Assembly (NCBI RefSeq): GCF_044704955.1
Contig: NC_091991.1
Coordinates: 5,146,001-5,210,000 of the forward strand
Origin: Pristiophorus japonicus
Taxonomy: Eukaryota
Direction of reading: 5' to 3'
Length of the DNA: 64,000 nt
This document shows, piece after piece, positions 36,316 to 48,303 of the stretch. The notes beneath the pieces are model-generated. The model saw nothing but the letters and a program-made list of their open reading frames with translations. It was not told the DNA's origin and searched no databases. Every line of letters starts with the position of its first letter. Positions within the stretch are counted from its first letter, which is position 1. The translations under genes were made by a program, and so were the position numbers.

Positions 36316-36524
36316 CTGCACGAGTTTGTAAACTGCATATACACCTATGCCGATCGCATAAAGTGGCATTAATTGGAAAGCAAATCCTTTGGTTCTGCTC
36401 TGGGCCTTCTCACTGTTCATATCTTTTTGATTTACACTTCTCATCTGCTGCATCCTGAGATTAGGTGCTCCTTTGGGACCATCTGATTGAGAGTGTGTGT
36501 TTAATGGCTGCCCTCTTCCAGGAC
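36316..36524 (-). CDS. RIC3/CCDC107-family protein, exon 2 (includes TM segment GFAFQLMPLYAIGIGVYAVYKLVQ)
   Basis: ttacag acceptor and gtaagc donor; 209 nt, phase 1/0. The TM resembles recalled RIC3 GLMGQIIPIYGFGIFLYILYILFK. Confidence 0.92.
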
Positions 36525-36994
36525 CTGTAATACGAATCAAATGAAGAGATTCCAAACAAAAATAGCCATTCAACATGACATGACATTCCATATATCCGGT
36601 AATACCATGCACTGAAAGAGTCAACTGCGGCCATACAAAATGCAATATATAAAAGCACATAAATATAAAAAGGTAGACAGAATTTCAGCCACTGTTAAAA
36701 TGACTGTGCATCAAAAGTAAGAAGAAACTACAGAAGCTGAGGCTCTTTTCTTTAGACCAAAGAAGTTTGAGATCTGATAGAGGTGTTATAGATTATGAGA
36801 GGTTTTGATCGAGTAAATCAGGAAAAGAACTATTCCCACTGGCCAGTGAGTTGGTAACTAGAGGGCGTAAATTTACGATCGTTGCTAAATGAAAAAGGGA
36901 GAGGTTGGGAACATTATTTAGCTTTTTAAACACAGAGGCTGTCAGCAATGTTCCTTTTAAGCTGCGCGACCGAGCAGCACTCTGAAGGTCCTGG

Positions 36995-37805
36995 GCAGCC
37001 GTTGAACTCCAAATCATCATCGACATCTTCACCGAGGCGTACGAAAGCACGGGCCTTACACTAAACATCCGTAAGACAAAGGTCCTCTACCCACCTGACC
37101 TCGCCACACAGCACTGCCCCCCAGTCATCAAGATCCACGGCGCAGCCCTGGACAACGTGGACCACTTTCCATACCTCGGGAGCCTATTATCAGCGAGGGC
37201 AGATATCGACGACGAGGTTCAACACTGCCTCCAGCTGCCTGAGGAAAAGAGTGTTCGAAGACCAGGCCCTCAAATCTGCCACCTAGCTCATGGTCTACAA
37301 GGCTGTAGTGATACCCGCCCTCCTGTATGGCTCAGAGACATGGACTATATACAGTAGACACCTCACATCGCTGGAGAAATACCACCAACGATGTCCCCGC
37401 AAGATCCTGCAAATCCACTGGGAGGACGGACGCACCAATGTCAGTGTCCTCATTCAGGCCCAACATCCCCAGCATCGAAGCACTGACTACACTCGACCAG
37501 CTCCGTTGGGCAGGCCACAGTGTTCGCATGCCCAACACGAGACTCCTAAAGCAAGCGCTCTACTCGGAACTCCTACATGGCAAGCGAGCCCCAGATGGGC
37601 AGAGGAAACATTTTAAAGACACCCTCAAAGCCTCGCTGATAAAATGCAACATCCCCACCGACACCTGGGAGTCCCTGGCCAAAGACTGCCCTAAGTGGAG
37701 GAAGAGCATCCGGGAGGGTGCTGAGCACCTCGAGTCTCGTTACCGAGAGCATGCAGAAATCAAGCGCAGGCAGAAGGAGGAGCATGCGGCAAACCAGTCC
37801 CACCC
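36995..37805 (+). mobile_element. RTE-clade LINE 3' part
   Basis: DHFPYLGSLLS, VYKAVVIPALLYGSETW, LRWAGH and KDTLKASL motifs. Confidence 0.88.
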
Positions 37806-38227
37806 ACTAGTGTGGGAAATGCGGCAACCAATTTGAGCACAGCAAGCTTCCACAATCAGCAATGTGACAATGACCAGAAAATCTCTTTTGCTTTGTTGAT
37901 TGAGGGATAAATATTGGCCAGGACACCGGGGATAACTCTCTTGCCTCTTTTTCGAAATAGTGCCATGTGGTCTTTTCCGTCCACCAGAGATCAGACGTCT
38001 AATATTAATGTTTAACGTCTCATCCAAAAGACAGCACCCGCAACAGTGCAGCACTCCCTCAGCACTGCACTGGAGTGTTAACATAGATTTTTGTGCTCAA
38101 GTTCTTGGAGTGGGGCTTGAACACACAACCTTCTGACTCAGAGGCGAGTGTGCTGCCCCTGAGCCCGGCCTAGCTCCAAGCCAGAGACTCTTGTCCCAAA
38201 TCCTGGGGAGGGTGTCATTTGCATGGT

Positions 38228-39382
38228 CATAGAAACATAGAAAATAGGTGCAGGAGTAGGCCATTCCGCCCTTCAAGCCTGCACCACCATTCAATAAGGT
38301 CATGGCTGATCATTCCCTCAGTATCCCTTTCCTGCTTTCTCTCCATACCTCTTGATCCCCTTTGCCATAAGGACTATTTCTAACTCCCTCTTGAATATAT
38401 CCAATGAACTGGCATCAACAACTCTCTGCGGCAGGGAATTCCACAGGTTAACAACTCTGAGTGAAGAAGTTTTTCCTCATCTCAGTCCTAAATGGCCTAC
38501 CCCTTATCCTTAGACTGTGTCCCCTGGTTCTGGACTTCCCCAACATCAGGAACATTCTACCTGCATCTAACCTGTCCCGTCCCGTCAGAATCTTATATGT
38601 TTCTATGAGATCCCCTCATATCCTTCTAAACTCCAGTGCATAAAGGCCCAGTTGATCCAGTCTCTCCTCATATATCAGTCCGACCATCCCTGGAATCAGT
38701 CTGGTGAACCTTCGCTGCACTAACTCAATAGCAAGAACGTCCTTCCTCAGATTAGGAGACCAAAACTGAACACAATATTCCAGGTGAGGCCTCACCAAGG
38801 CCCTGTACAACTGCAGTAAGACCTCCCTGCTCCTGTACTCAAAGCTCCCCTAGCTATGAAGGCCAACATGCCATTTGCCTTCTTCACCGCCTGCTATACC
38901 TGTATACCAACTTTCAATGACTGATGTACCATGACACTCAGGTCTCGTTGCACCTTCCCTTTTCCTAATCTGCCGCCATTCAGATAATATTCTGTCTTTG
39001 CGTTTTTGCCCCCAAAGTGGATAACCTCACATTTATCCACATTATACTGCATCTGCCATGCATTTGCCCACTCACCTAACCTGTCCAAGTCACCCTGCAG
39101 CCTCATAGCATCCCCCTCACAGCTCACACCGCCACCCAGTTTAGTGTCATCTGCAAACTTGGAGATATTACACTCAATTCCGTCATCCATTGATGTATAT
39201 TTTAAATAGTGGGGGTCCCAGCACTGAGCCCTGCGGCACTCCACTAGTCACTGCCTGCCATTCTGAAAAGGACCCATTTATCCCGACTCTCTGCTTCCTG
39301 TCTGCCAACCAGTTCCCTATCCACGTCAGTATATTACCCCCAATACCATGTGCTTTGATTTTGCACACCAGTCTCTTGTGTG
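38228..39382 (-). mobile_element. CR1 LINE 3' part
   Basis: ORFs 38616..38810, 38894..39244 and 39183..39368 ([19 protein letters not shown]); TTCTATG tail. Confidence 0.9.
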
Positions 39383-39775
39383 GTCAGAGCGGATACATCA
39401 CACCTTCAAAGATACATCAGTGGTACCCCTCTGGGATCCATTAATTTCCTGTTGCAAGGGCTTGGTGCCTTCATAGGATTTATGCCAGGTCTCAGCTGAC
39501 ATGAGTTCCAGTGTAGCCTACAAAGGGCAAAAATGGAATCCAGGAACTCCTCCAGACGCGCATCCTTCACGTAAGGGGATAGGCGAATGGAAGATCTGCC
39601 CACGGCCACCTCTTTCTGAATTTAAAGGGCCAGTCTAAACAGGGTAGAAAACTGATGGAACCCAAATTCCTGGACACCCCGAGGCGGCCCTGTCCAAACC
39701 CAGGAATCTGGGCTTGTGATTCTAAATCTAATCAAACTACATTAGTACCTAACTCGCAAAAGTCATCAATATCTC

Positions 39776-41059
39776 TGTAATCAATGCCCCTGTGACTATG
39801 CTCACAGGTTTGTAGAGCTGTTGATCCGAACTGATCCCCATCCGGACGGAATTCCTCATCGGCGCCAAACCCCGGAACCTCCCTCGGGAGCCGGCGCCTC
39901 ACAACTTGAGCCGCCTCGGGGAAATCCCCTCCGTGCCTTTCAGTTTTGCGCAGAGGAGTTTCCTGTACGGGCTGCTCCTGCACATTCTCAACCTTGCCAT
40001 CCTCGTCTGCCGTCCGGACACGCCATGGCGTACCATCTTGCCGTCCGGAGGAGGCGGGGATCCCCGATAGAGCGCACTCTACGCGGGAGTCCTCCCACTA
40101 TTTATTGGGTCTTGGCCTGGAGGGTGGTGCATGGAGCAGTCCCGTGCAACAAATGTTTAAGCCGGTTCAAGGGTTCCCAGGCCGTCTGCAATTTCTGCGG
40201 TCTGGAGGAGTCCGTGTTCCATGTTTTTATTGAATGCACGAGGTTGCAGCCCCTGTTCAACTATGTAAAGGGGCTGCTCCTGAAATTTTGGCTGCACTTC
40301 AGTCCCAAACTCCTGATCTTTGGGCACCCTGTGCGGAGGGGAGCGGGTAGGTCCGAAGGCCTCCTTGTAGGACTGCTCCTGGGCACGGCCAAGGGGGCCA
40401 TCAGCCGGTCCAGGCAGCGGGCGGTCGAGGGGGTCATTCAGCCCGACTGCCTGCCTCTCTTCCGGCCCACATCCGGGCCAGGGTGTCCTTAGAGATGGAG
40501 CACGCGGTGTCCACCGGTACGCTCGCGGCCTTCCGCGAGAGGTGGGCGTCGGAGGGACTGGAGTGCAACCAAATTTTAATTTGATTTTATGTTTTAAAGT
40601 TTAATTTGTTTTAATTGCCGGTTTTAGTGTCCCCCTCCCCTTTTATAGGGGGCACTTGTAAAAGAATTTATGATTTTAATGCCCCCAATTTTTTTTTTTA
40701 AAAACACAAAAAACCCCCCCAAAAAAACAACAAAAAAAAGGGCAGTTGAAAAGTGTCTGGAGTGTCCCCCAGATTGGGGAGCACTTGAACTAATGTTATT
40801 TTGTGTCTCCAAAAGAGTTGTAGAGCTGTTGAGTTGGAAGTGGTTTAGCCAGTCATGTGATGTTCACAAGACTCAATAAAACCCCAGCCAGTTTGGGGTT
40901 TTGGGGATCCACGATGGGGCAGGTGGTTGTGAACCCTGGTGGATGAACTGGTAATGTGTTGTGTGATTGTTAAACCTTTGCTAATAAACCAACTAGTTCT
41001 TAATAGAAATGTGTTGCTAGGAGTTCTCAAGCAAAGAACCATGAAGCAAATACATTACA
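39776..41059 (+). mobile_element. Probable solo LTR split by the Tx1-like insertion
   Basis: Termini TGTAAT...ATTACA with internal AATAAA; about 280 bp once the insertion is removed. TSD is imperfect. Confidence 0.55.
39825..40817 (+). mobile_element. L1/Tx1-clade LINE 3' part (zf-RVT region)
   Basis: ORF 39821..40492 carries WRVVHGAVPCN...CNFCGLEESVFHVFIEC. 15-bp TSD TTGTAGAGCTGTTGA at 39810-39824 and 40818-40832. Confidence 0.88.
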
Positions 41060-41879
41060 ATCCACAATTGCAACTTACAATGATGTGTGATGGTAAATGT
41101 TGTGGGAATATGTTTTTAAAAATCGCATCAGGAATTAAGCCTACAATTTTCTTGGCAAATTTATTTGAATTAACTTTTCACTCACCAAGCACAGGTACTT
41201 GAACTTTAGCCAGAAGAAATGAAGCCTAAAAAAAGGAATAAAATGCACCTTTGGTATAGAAAAGGAGCTGGTCAGTGCAGCAAGGACAAGCCAATAACAG
41301 GCTACTACAAAAAGCAGGTGTAGCAAGAAAGCAGAGAAAGCAACTACATTGGATCTGCACTTGTTATCTCAGTGAAGCTACCTGTAAACTAGTGAATTGC
41401 CGTTTTTCACCACTGCAGCAGGAGACTAGTCACCACTGGTTAGTTACCAGGAAACCTACATACATCATGTTTAGTCTCTTAGCTCAGGGGAGCAATGATG
41501 CAGGCTGTACCTCAGAGAAAATATCACTTACTATTGCATTATTAATGCATTAGGCCGTTAGAACATAAACACCTAATCTGTCTGCCTTGGCGCAGTGGTA
41601 GCTCTCTCATCCAAGTCGAAAGGTTGTGGGTTCAAGTCCCACTCCAGAGACTTGAGCACACAATCGCGAGTGACACTCCAGTGCAGTGCTGAGGGAGTGC
41701 TGCACTGTTTGAGGAGCCGTCTGTCAGGTGAGACGTTAAACCGAGGCCCCGTCTGCTTCCTCAGGTGGACATAAAAGATCCCATGGCACTATTTCAAAGA
41801 GGAGCGGGGAGTTATATCATCTCCTTACCCTGGCCTTACAGCTGGTCAGTCCGTACACCCCACCTGATCCTGGTCGCCC

Positions 41880-42789
41880 ACACCCACGCAGTCAGTGCCC
41901 GTACATCCCCGCTCTAGGCCTGTAGCCCTTGGTCAGTGCCGGTACACCCCCGGGGTCAGTGCCCGTACACCCCCAGTCAGTGTCTGTAGCCCCCCCGGTC
42001 AGTGTCTGTAGCCCCCGGTCAGTGCCCGTACATCCCCGGGGTCAATGCCCGTACATCCCCCGGTCAGTGCCCGTACACCCCCCCGGTCAGTGCCCGTACA
42101 CACCCGGGGTCAGTGCCCGTACACACCCGGGGTCAGTGCCCGTACACCCCCCCGGTCAGTGCCCGTACACACCTGGGGTCAGTGGCCGTACACCCCCCGG
42201 TCAGTGCCCGTACACACCTGGGGTCAGTGGCCGTACCCCCGGACAGTCTCTGTAGCCCCCCGGTCAGTGCCCGTACACACCCGGGGTCAGTGCCCGTACA
42301 CCCCCCCGGTTAGTGCCCGTACACCCCCCGGTCAGTGCCCGTACCCCCTCCGGGGTCAGTGGCCGTACCCCCGGACAGTCTCTGTAGCCCCCCGGTCAGT
42401 GGCTGTACCCCCGGACATTGGCCGTACCCCCGGGGTCAGTGGCTGTACCCCCGGACATTGGCCGTAACCCCGGGGTCAGTGGCCGTACCCCCGGACATTG
42501 GCCGTAACCCCGGGGTCAGTGGCCGTACCCCCGGACATTGGCCGTAACCCCGGGGTCAGTGGCCGTACCCCCGGACAGTGTCTGTAGCCCCCCGGTCAGT
42601 GGCTGTACCCCCGGACATTGGCCGTACCCCCCGGTCAGTGGCTGTACCCCCGGACATTGGCCGTAACCCCGGGGTCAGTGGCCGTACCCCCGGACAGTGT
42701 CTGTAGCCCCCCAGTCAGTGGCCGTACCCCCGGGGTCAGTGGCCGTACCCTCGGACAGTGTCTGTAGCCCCCCCGGTCAGTGGCCGTAC
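41880..42789. repeat. ~20-bp minisatellite starting at the first base of intron 1 of the RIC3/CCDC107-like gene
   Basis: Units GGTCAGTGGCCGTACCCCC, GGTCAGTGCCCGTACACCCC, GGACATTGGCCGTAACCCC and GGACAGTGTCTGTAGCCCC. Confidence 0.95.
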
Positions 42790-42925
42790 CTGAGGGCCGA
42801 TGATGACCCGCTGCCGGCGCCGCGACCTGCTTCCCTCCGCCCGGCCCCAGTAACATCCGCGGAATCACCACAAACACACAAATAAACAGGCCCAGGGCCA
42901 GCGCCGTCTGCTGAGCCATCGCCAT
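42790..42925 (-). CDS. RIC3/CCDC107-family protein, exon 1 (MAMAQQTALALGLFICVFVVIPRMLLG...HHRPS)
   Basis: Strong Kozak GCCATGG, hydrophobic signal/anchor like the RIC3 N-terminus, TCAG|gtacgg donor; 136 nt, phase 1. The six exons total 900 nt (299 aa plus stop). Confidence 0.9.
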
Positions 42926-42939
42926 GGCAGCGGTAGGCC

Positions 42940-43375
42940 CGGCCCCGCCCCGCCCGGAGTCCAGGCTCCGCCCATAGACCAGGCCCCGCCCACAGCCCCG
43001 GAGCCCAGGCTCCGCCCATAGTCCAGGCCCCGCCCACAGCCCCGGAGCCCAGGCTCCGCCCATAGTCCAGGCCCCGCCCACAGCCCCGGAGCCCAGGCTC
43101 CGCCCATAGTCCAGGCCCCGCCCACAGCCCCGGAGCCCAGGCTCCGCCCATAGTCCAGGCCCCGCCCACAGCCCCGGAGTCCAGGCCCCGCCCACAGCCC
43201 CGGAGCCCGGAGTCCAGGCCCCGCCCACAGCCCCGGAGCCCAGGCTCCGCCCATAGCCCCGGCCCCGCCCACAGCCCCGGAGCCCAGGCCCCGCCCACAG
43301 CCCCGGAGCCCAGGCTCCGCCCACAGCCCCGGCCCCGCCCACAGCCCCGGAGTCCGGGCCCCGCCCACCGCCCGG
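42940..43375 (-). promoter_or_regulatory. Promoter-proximal tandem array (44-bp unit) of GC boxes
   Basis: Unit GGAGCCCAGGCTCCGCCCATAGTCCAGGCCCCGCCCACAGCCCC; about 20 GGGCGG (Sp/KLF) motifs directly upstream of the ATG. Confidence 0.75.
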
Positions 43376-43741
43376 GCCACAATGAGCGGAGCACAGAGAT
43401 GTCTCTCACTGTGGGGCTGTGGGAGGTTACAGAGACAGGGAGAGGTGAAGCTATGGAGGGATTTGGAAAACAAGGATGAGAATTTTAAAATGAAGGTGTT
43501 GCCGAACCAAGAGCCAATGTATGTCAGCGATTTGACATGCAAAATTCTAAAAATCATAAACAACTTGAATGTATTCTCAATATTGCCATGTGATGCAAAT
43601 CTGTATTATGAATTACATCTGCCTCACCTCTATATTTATCTCCAAAATGTTGTCGATAAATTGGATTGCCCTTGAGATAGAGGCCAATAAACATAAATGC
43701 ATGAACCAAGATGGGAAATGCAGAATACACAAACTGAATGT

Positions 43742-46700
43742 GTAGAAACATAGAAACATAGAAAATAGGTGCAGGAGTAGGCCATTCGGCCCTTCTAGCC
43801 TGCACCGCCATTCAATGAGTTCATAGAAACATAGAAAATAGGTGCAGGAGTAGGCCATTCGGCCCTTCTAGCCTGCACCGCCATTCAATGAGTTCATGGC
43901 TGAACATTCAACTTCAGTACCCCATTCCTGCTTTCTCGCCATACCCCTTGATCCCCCTAGCAGTAAGGACCTCATCTAACTCCTTTTTGAATATATTTAG
44001 TGAATTGGCCTCAACAACTTTCTGTGGTAGAGAATTCCACAGGTTCACCACTCTCTGGGTGAAGAAGTTCCTCCGCATCTCGGTCCTAAATGGCTTACCC
44101 CTTATCCTTAGACTGTGACCCCTGGTTCTGGACTTCCCCAACATTGGGAACATTCTTCCTGCATCTAACCTGTCTAACCCCGTCAGAATTTTATATGTTT
44201 CTATGAGGTCCCCTCTCATTCTTCTGAACTCCAGTGAATACAAGCCCAGTTGATCCAGTCTTTCTTGATAGGTCAGTCCCGCCATCCCGGGAATCAGTCT
44301 GGTGAACCTTCGCTGCACTCCCTCAATAGCAAGAATGTCCTTCCTCAGGTTAGGAGACCAAAACTGTACACAATACTCCAGGTGTGGCCTCACCAATGCC
44401 CTGTACAACTGTAGCAACACCTCCCTGCCCCTGTACTCAAATCCCCTTGCTATGAAGGCCAACATGCCATTTGCTTTCTTAACCGCCTGCTGCACCTGCA
44501 TGCCAACCTTCAATGACTGATGTACCATGACACCCAGGTCTCTTTGCACCTCCCCTTTTCCTAATCTGTCACCATTCAGATAATAGTCTGTCTCTCTGTT
44601 TTTACCACCAAAGTGGATAACCTCACATTTATCCACATTATACTTCATCTGCCATGCATTTGCCCACTCACCTAACCTATCCAAGTCGCTCTGCAGCCTC
44701 ACAGCATCCTCCTCGCAGCTCACACTGCCACCCAACTTAGTGTCATCCGCAAATTTGGAGATACTACATTTAATCCCCTCATCTAAATCATTAATGTACA
44801 GTGTAAACAGCTGGGGCCCCAGCACAGAACCTTGCGGTACCCCACTAGTCACTGCCTGCCATTCTGAAAAGTAGCCATTTACTCCTACTCTTTGCTTCCT
44901 GTCTGACAACCAGTTCTCAATCCATGTCAGTACACTACCCCCAATCCCATGTGCTCTAACTTTGCACATCAATCTCTTGTGTGGGACCTTGTCGAACGCC
45001 TTCTGAAAGTCCAAATATACCACATCAACTGGTTCTCCCTTATCCACTCTACTGGAAACATCCTCAAAAAATTCCAGAAGATTTGTCAAGCATGATTTCC
45101 CTTTCACAAATCCATGCTGACTTGGACCTATCATGTCACCTCTTTCCAAATGCACTGCTATGACATCCTTAATAATTGATTCCATCATTTTACCCACTAC
45201 CGATGTCAGGCTGACCGGTCTATAATTCCCTGTTTTCTCTCTCCCTCCTTTTTTAAAAAGTGGGGTTACATTGGCTACCCTCCACTCCATAGGAACTGAT
45301 CCAGAGTCAATGGAATGTTGGAAAATGACTGTCAACGCATCCACTATTTCCAAGGCCACCTCCTTAAGTACTCTGGGATGCAGTCCATCAGGCCCTGGGG
45401 ATTTATCGGCCTTCAATCCCATCAATTTCCCCAACACAATTTCCCGGCTAATAAGGATTTCCCTCAGTTCCTCCTCCTTACTAGACCCCCCGACCCCTTT
45501 TATAACCGGAAGGTTGTTCGTGTCCTCCTTCGTGAATACCGAACCAAAGTACTTGTTCAATTGGTCCGCCATTTCTTTGTTCCCCGTTATGACTTCCCCT
45601 GATTCTGACTGCAGGGGACCTACGTTTGTCTTTACTAACCTTTTTCTCTTTACATATCTATAGAAACTTTTGCAATCCGTCTTAATGTTCCCTGCAAGCT
45701 TCTTCTCATACTCCATTTTCCCTGCCCTAATCAAACCCTTTGTCCTCCTCTGCTGAGTTCTAAATTTCTCCCAGTCCCCAGGTTCGCTGCTATTTCTGGC
45801 CAATTTGTATGCCACTTCCTTGGCTTTAATACTATCCCTGATTTCCCTTGATAGCCACGGTTGAGCCACCTTCCCTTTTTTATTTCTATGCCAGACAGGA
45901 ATGTACAATTGTTGTAGTTCATCCATGCGGTCTCTAAATGTCTGCCATTGCCCATCCACAGTCAACCCCTTAAGTATCATTCGCCAATCCATCTCAGCCA
46001 ATTCACGCCTCATACCTTCAAAGTTAGCCTTCTTTAAGTTCTGGACCATGGTCTCTGAATTAACTGTTTCATTCTCCATCCTAATGCAGAATTCCACCAT
46101 ATTATGGTCACTCTTCCCCAAGGGGCCTCGCACAACGAGATTGCTAATTAATCCTTTCTCATTACATAACACCCAGTCTAAGATGGCCTCCCCCCTAGTT
46201 GGTTCCTCGACATATTGGTCTAAAAAACCATCCCTTAGGCACTCCAGAAAATCCTCCTCCACCGTATTGCTTCCAGTTTGGTTAGCCCAATCTATGTGCA
46301 TATTAAAGTCACCCATTATAACTGCTGCACCTTTATTGCACGCACCCCTAATTTCCTGTTTGATGCCCTCCCCAACATCACTACTACTGTTTGGAGGTCT
46401 GTACACAACTCCCACTAACGTTTTTTGCCCTTTGGTGTTCTGCAGCTCTACCCATATAGATTCCACATCATCCAAGCTAATGTCCTTCCTAACTATTGCC
46501 TTAATCTCCTCCTTAACCAGCAATGCTACCCCACCTCCTTTTCCTTTTATTCTATCCTTCCTGAATGTTGAATACCCCTGGATGTTGAGTTCCCAGCCCT
46601 GCTCATCCTGGAGCCACGTCTCCGTAATCCCAATCACATCATATTTGTTAACATCTATTTGCACAGTTAATTCATCCACCTTATTGCGGATACTCCTTGC

Positions 46701-47306
46701 ATTAAGACACAAAGCCTTTAGGCTTGTTTTTTTAACAACCTCACATTTATCCACATTATACTTCATCTGCCATGCATTTGCCCACTCACCTAACCTATCC
46801 AAGTCACTCTGCAGCCTCATAGCATCCTCCTCGCAGCTCACACTGTCACCCAACTTAGTGTCATCCACAAATTTGGAGATACTACATTTAATCCCCTCGT
46901 CTAAATCATTAATGTACAGTGTAAACAGCTGGGGCCCCAGCACAGAACCTTGCGGTACCCCACTAGTCACTGCCTGCCATTCTGAAAAGTCCCCATTTAC
47001 TCCTATTCTTTGCTTCCTGTCTGACAACCAGTTCTCAGATAGCCACGGTTGAGCCACTTTCCCTTTTTTGTTTTTACACCAGACAGGAATGTACAATTGT
47101 TGTAGTTCATCCATGCGGTCTCTAAATGTCTGCCATTGCCCATCCACAGTCAACCCCTTCAGTATCATTCGCCAATCTATCCTAGCCAATTCACGCCTCA
47201 TACCTTCAAAGTTACCCTTCTTTAAGTTCTGGACCATGGTCTCTGAATTAACTGTTTCATTCTCCATCCTAATGCAGAATTCCACCATATTATGGTCACT
47301 CTTCCC
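43742..47306 (-). mobile_element. Young CR1 LINE with intact endonuclease + RT frame, chimeric 5' end and duplicated 3' tail
   Basis: ORF 43914..47288 (1124 aa) carries [49 protein letters not shown] and FADD with no stops. The tail unit is repeated at 43742-43822 and 43823-43897. Confidence 0.95.
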
Positions 47307-48079
47307 ATTGAAGTGTTTAAAAGTAACTAAAATGCACCATTTTCAATGCAAAAATGCAGAATTTTCCAGGCTCCGCTAAAATGTAGCACAAGTTGATGCA
47401 CACATTGTTGGACATATTTGGAAGGAGCATCCATATTTCAAAATGTAATTTCTGGGTTATGACTAAGGGTCATGACCTGAAACGTTAACCCTGTTTCTCT
47501 CTCCACAGATGCTGCCTGACCTGCTGAGTATTTCCAGCATTTTCTGTTTTTATTTCAGATTTCCAGCATCCGCAGTATTTTGCTTGTGTGAACTAGATGG
47601 GCTTTGGTCTCTTTCCCAAAGAGAACAGATGAGATAACGTTTTGGACGTGGCTCTTTCGTCAAAACTGTTTTCACACATGGGTAATTGTTTTCCAGCAGG
47701 TTTCTTCTCGATCTGTGAGCTTTTTGCTGAAGCTGTTTTTCCAACTTTTGCTAGCTTTCCAGTTTGGCAGATATATATATATATATATATTTTTTAGGGT
47801 TAGGGTTATAACCAGTGGGAGTATTCCCCAGCTTGGCACCTCCAGCTCATTTGGAGTGAGTGAAGGTGCTTTAGCACAGGTAGTCCTATAAACATCTAGA
47901 TATTGGTTCTTGGTTGTACGCACAGTGGAAGATTAAGCAATTATTAACACCAGTTACCTGTTTTTTTTTCATCTGAAAATTAGAAGGAAGTGCCCCGCCA
48001 GCATTTCATTTTGTACGTGGCTATCTTGCAATTAGTTTTCGCAACTGAACCTGCACCATATTTGGGCGTGAAATCGGTA

Positions 48080-48104
48080 ACTTCCTGTTTGAAAGTGCGG
48101 AAGT
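48080..48104 (+). promoter_or_regulatory. Paired ETS-type motifs just upstream of the GLIPR1-like ATG
   Basis: ACTTCCTG at 48080 and GCGGAAGT at 48097. Confidence 0.5.
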
Positions 48105-48117
48105 TTAACTTCTGAAC

Positions 48118-48303
48118 ATGGGTGTCCGAATGGGGAGACGGCTGTGCGCCAGTGTTTCACTTAACGTGTGTTTTTATTTGGCTATTTTTGGTGTCGAGGC
48201 AGCAATTGACATTGATAATAAAGATTTTATCAAGGAATGCATCCAGCGCCACAATTTCTATCGTTCGCAAGTCAATCCTCCCGCCAGCAACATGCTGTAT
48301 ATG
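48118..48303 (+). CDS. GLIPR1: GLIPR1-like CAP/SCP-domain protein, coding exon 1
   Basis: Signal-like segment followed by DIDNKDFIKECIQRHNFYRSQVNPPASNMLYM, then gtatgg; 186 nt, phase 0. Confidence 0.9.

Noticed and set aside
41929-43563. Repetitive Pro/Gly-rich ORFs around exon 1 of the RIC3/CCDC107-like gene
   Set aside because: Translations of the two minisatellites; only 42790-42925 has a Kozak start, a splice donor and family similarity.
45901-47052. 383-aa plus-strand ORF and similar antisense ORFs (51460..51972 etc.)
   Set aside because: Antisense shadows of CR1 ORF2.
42926-48117. RNase MRP RNA gene, expected if this were the human-type CCDC107 locus
   Set aside because: No recognisable RMRP sequence by eye; a covariance-model search would be needed to be certain.
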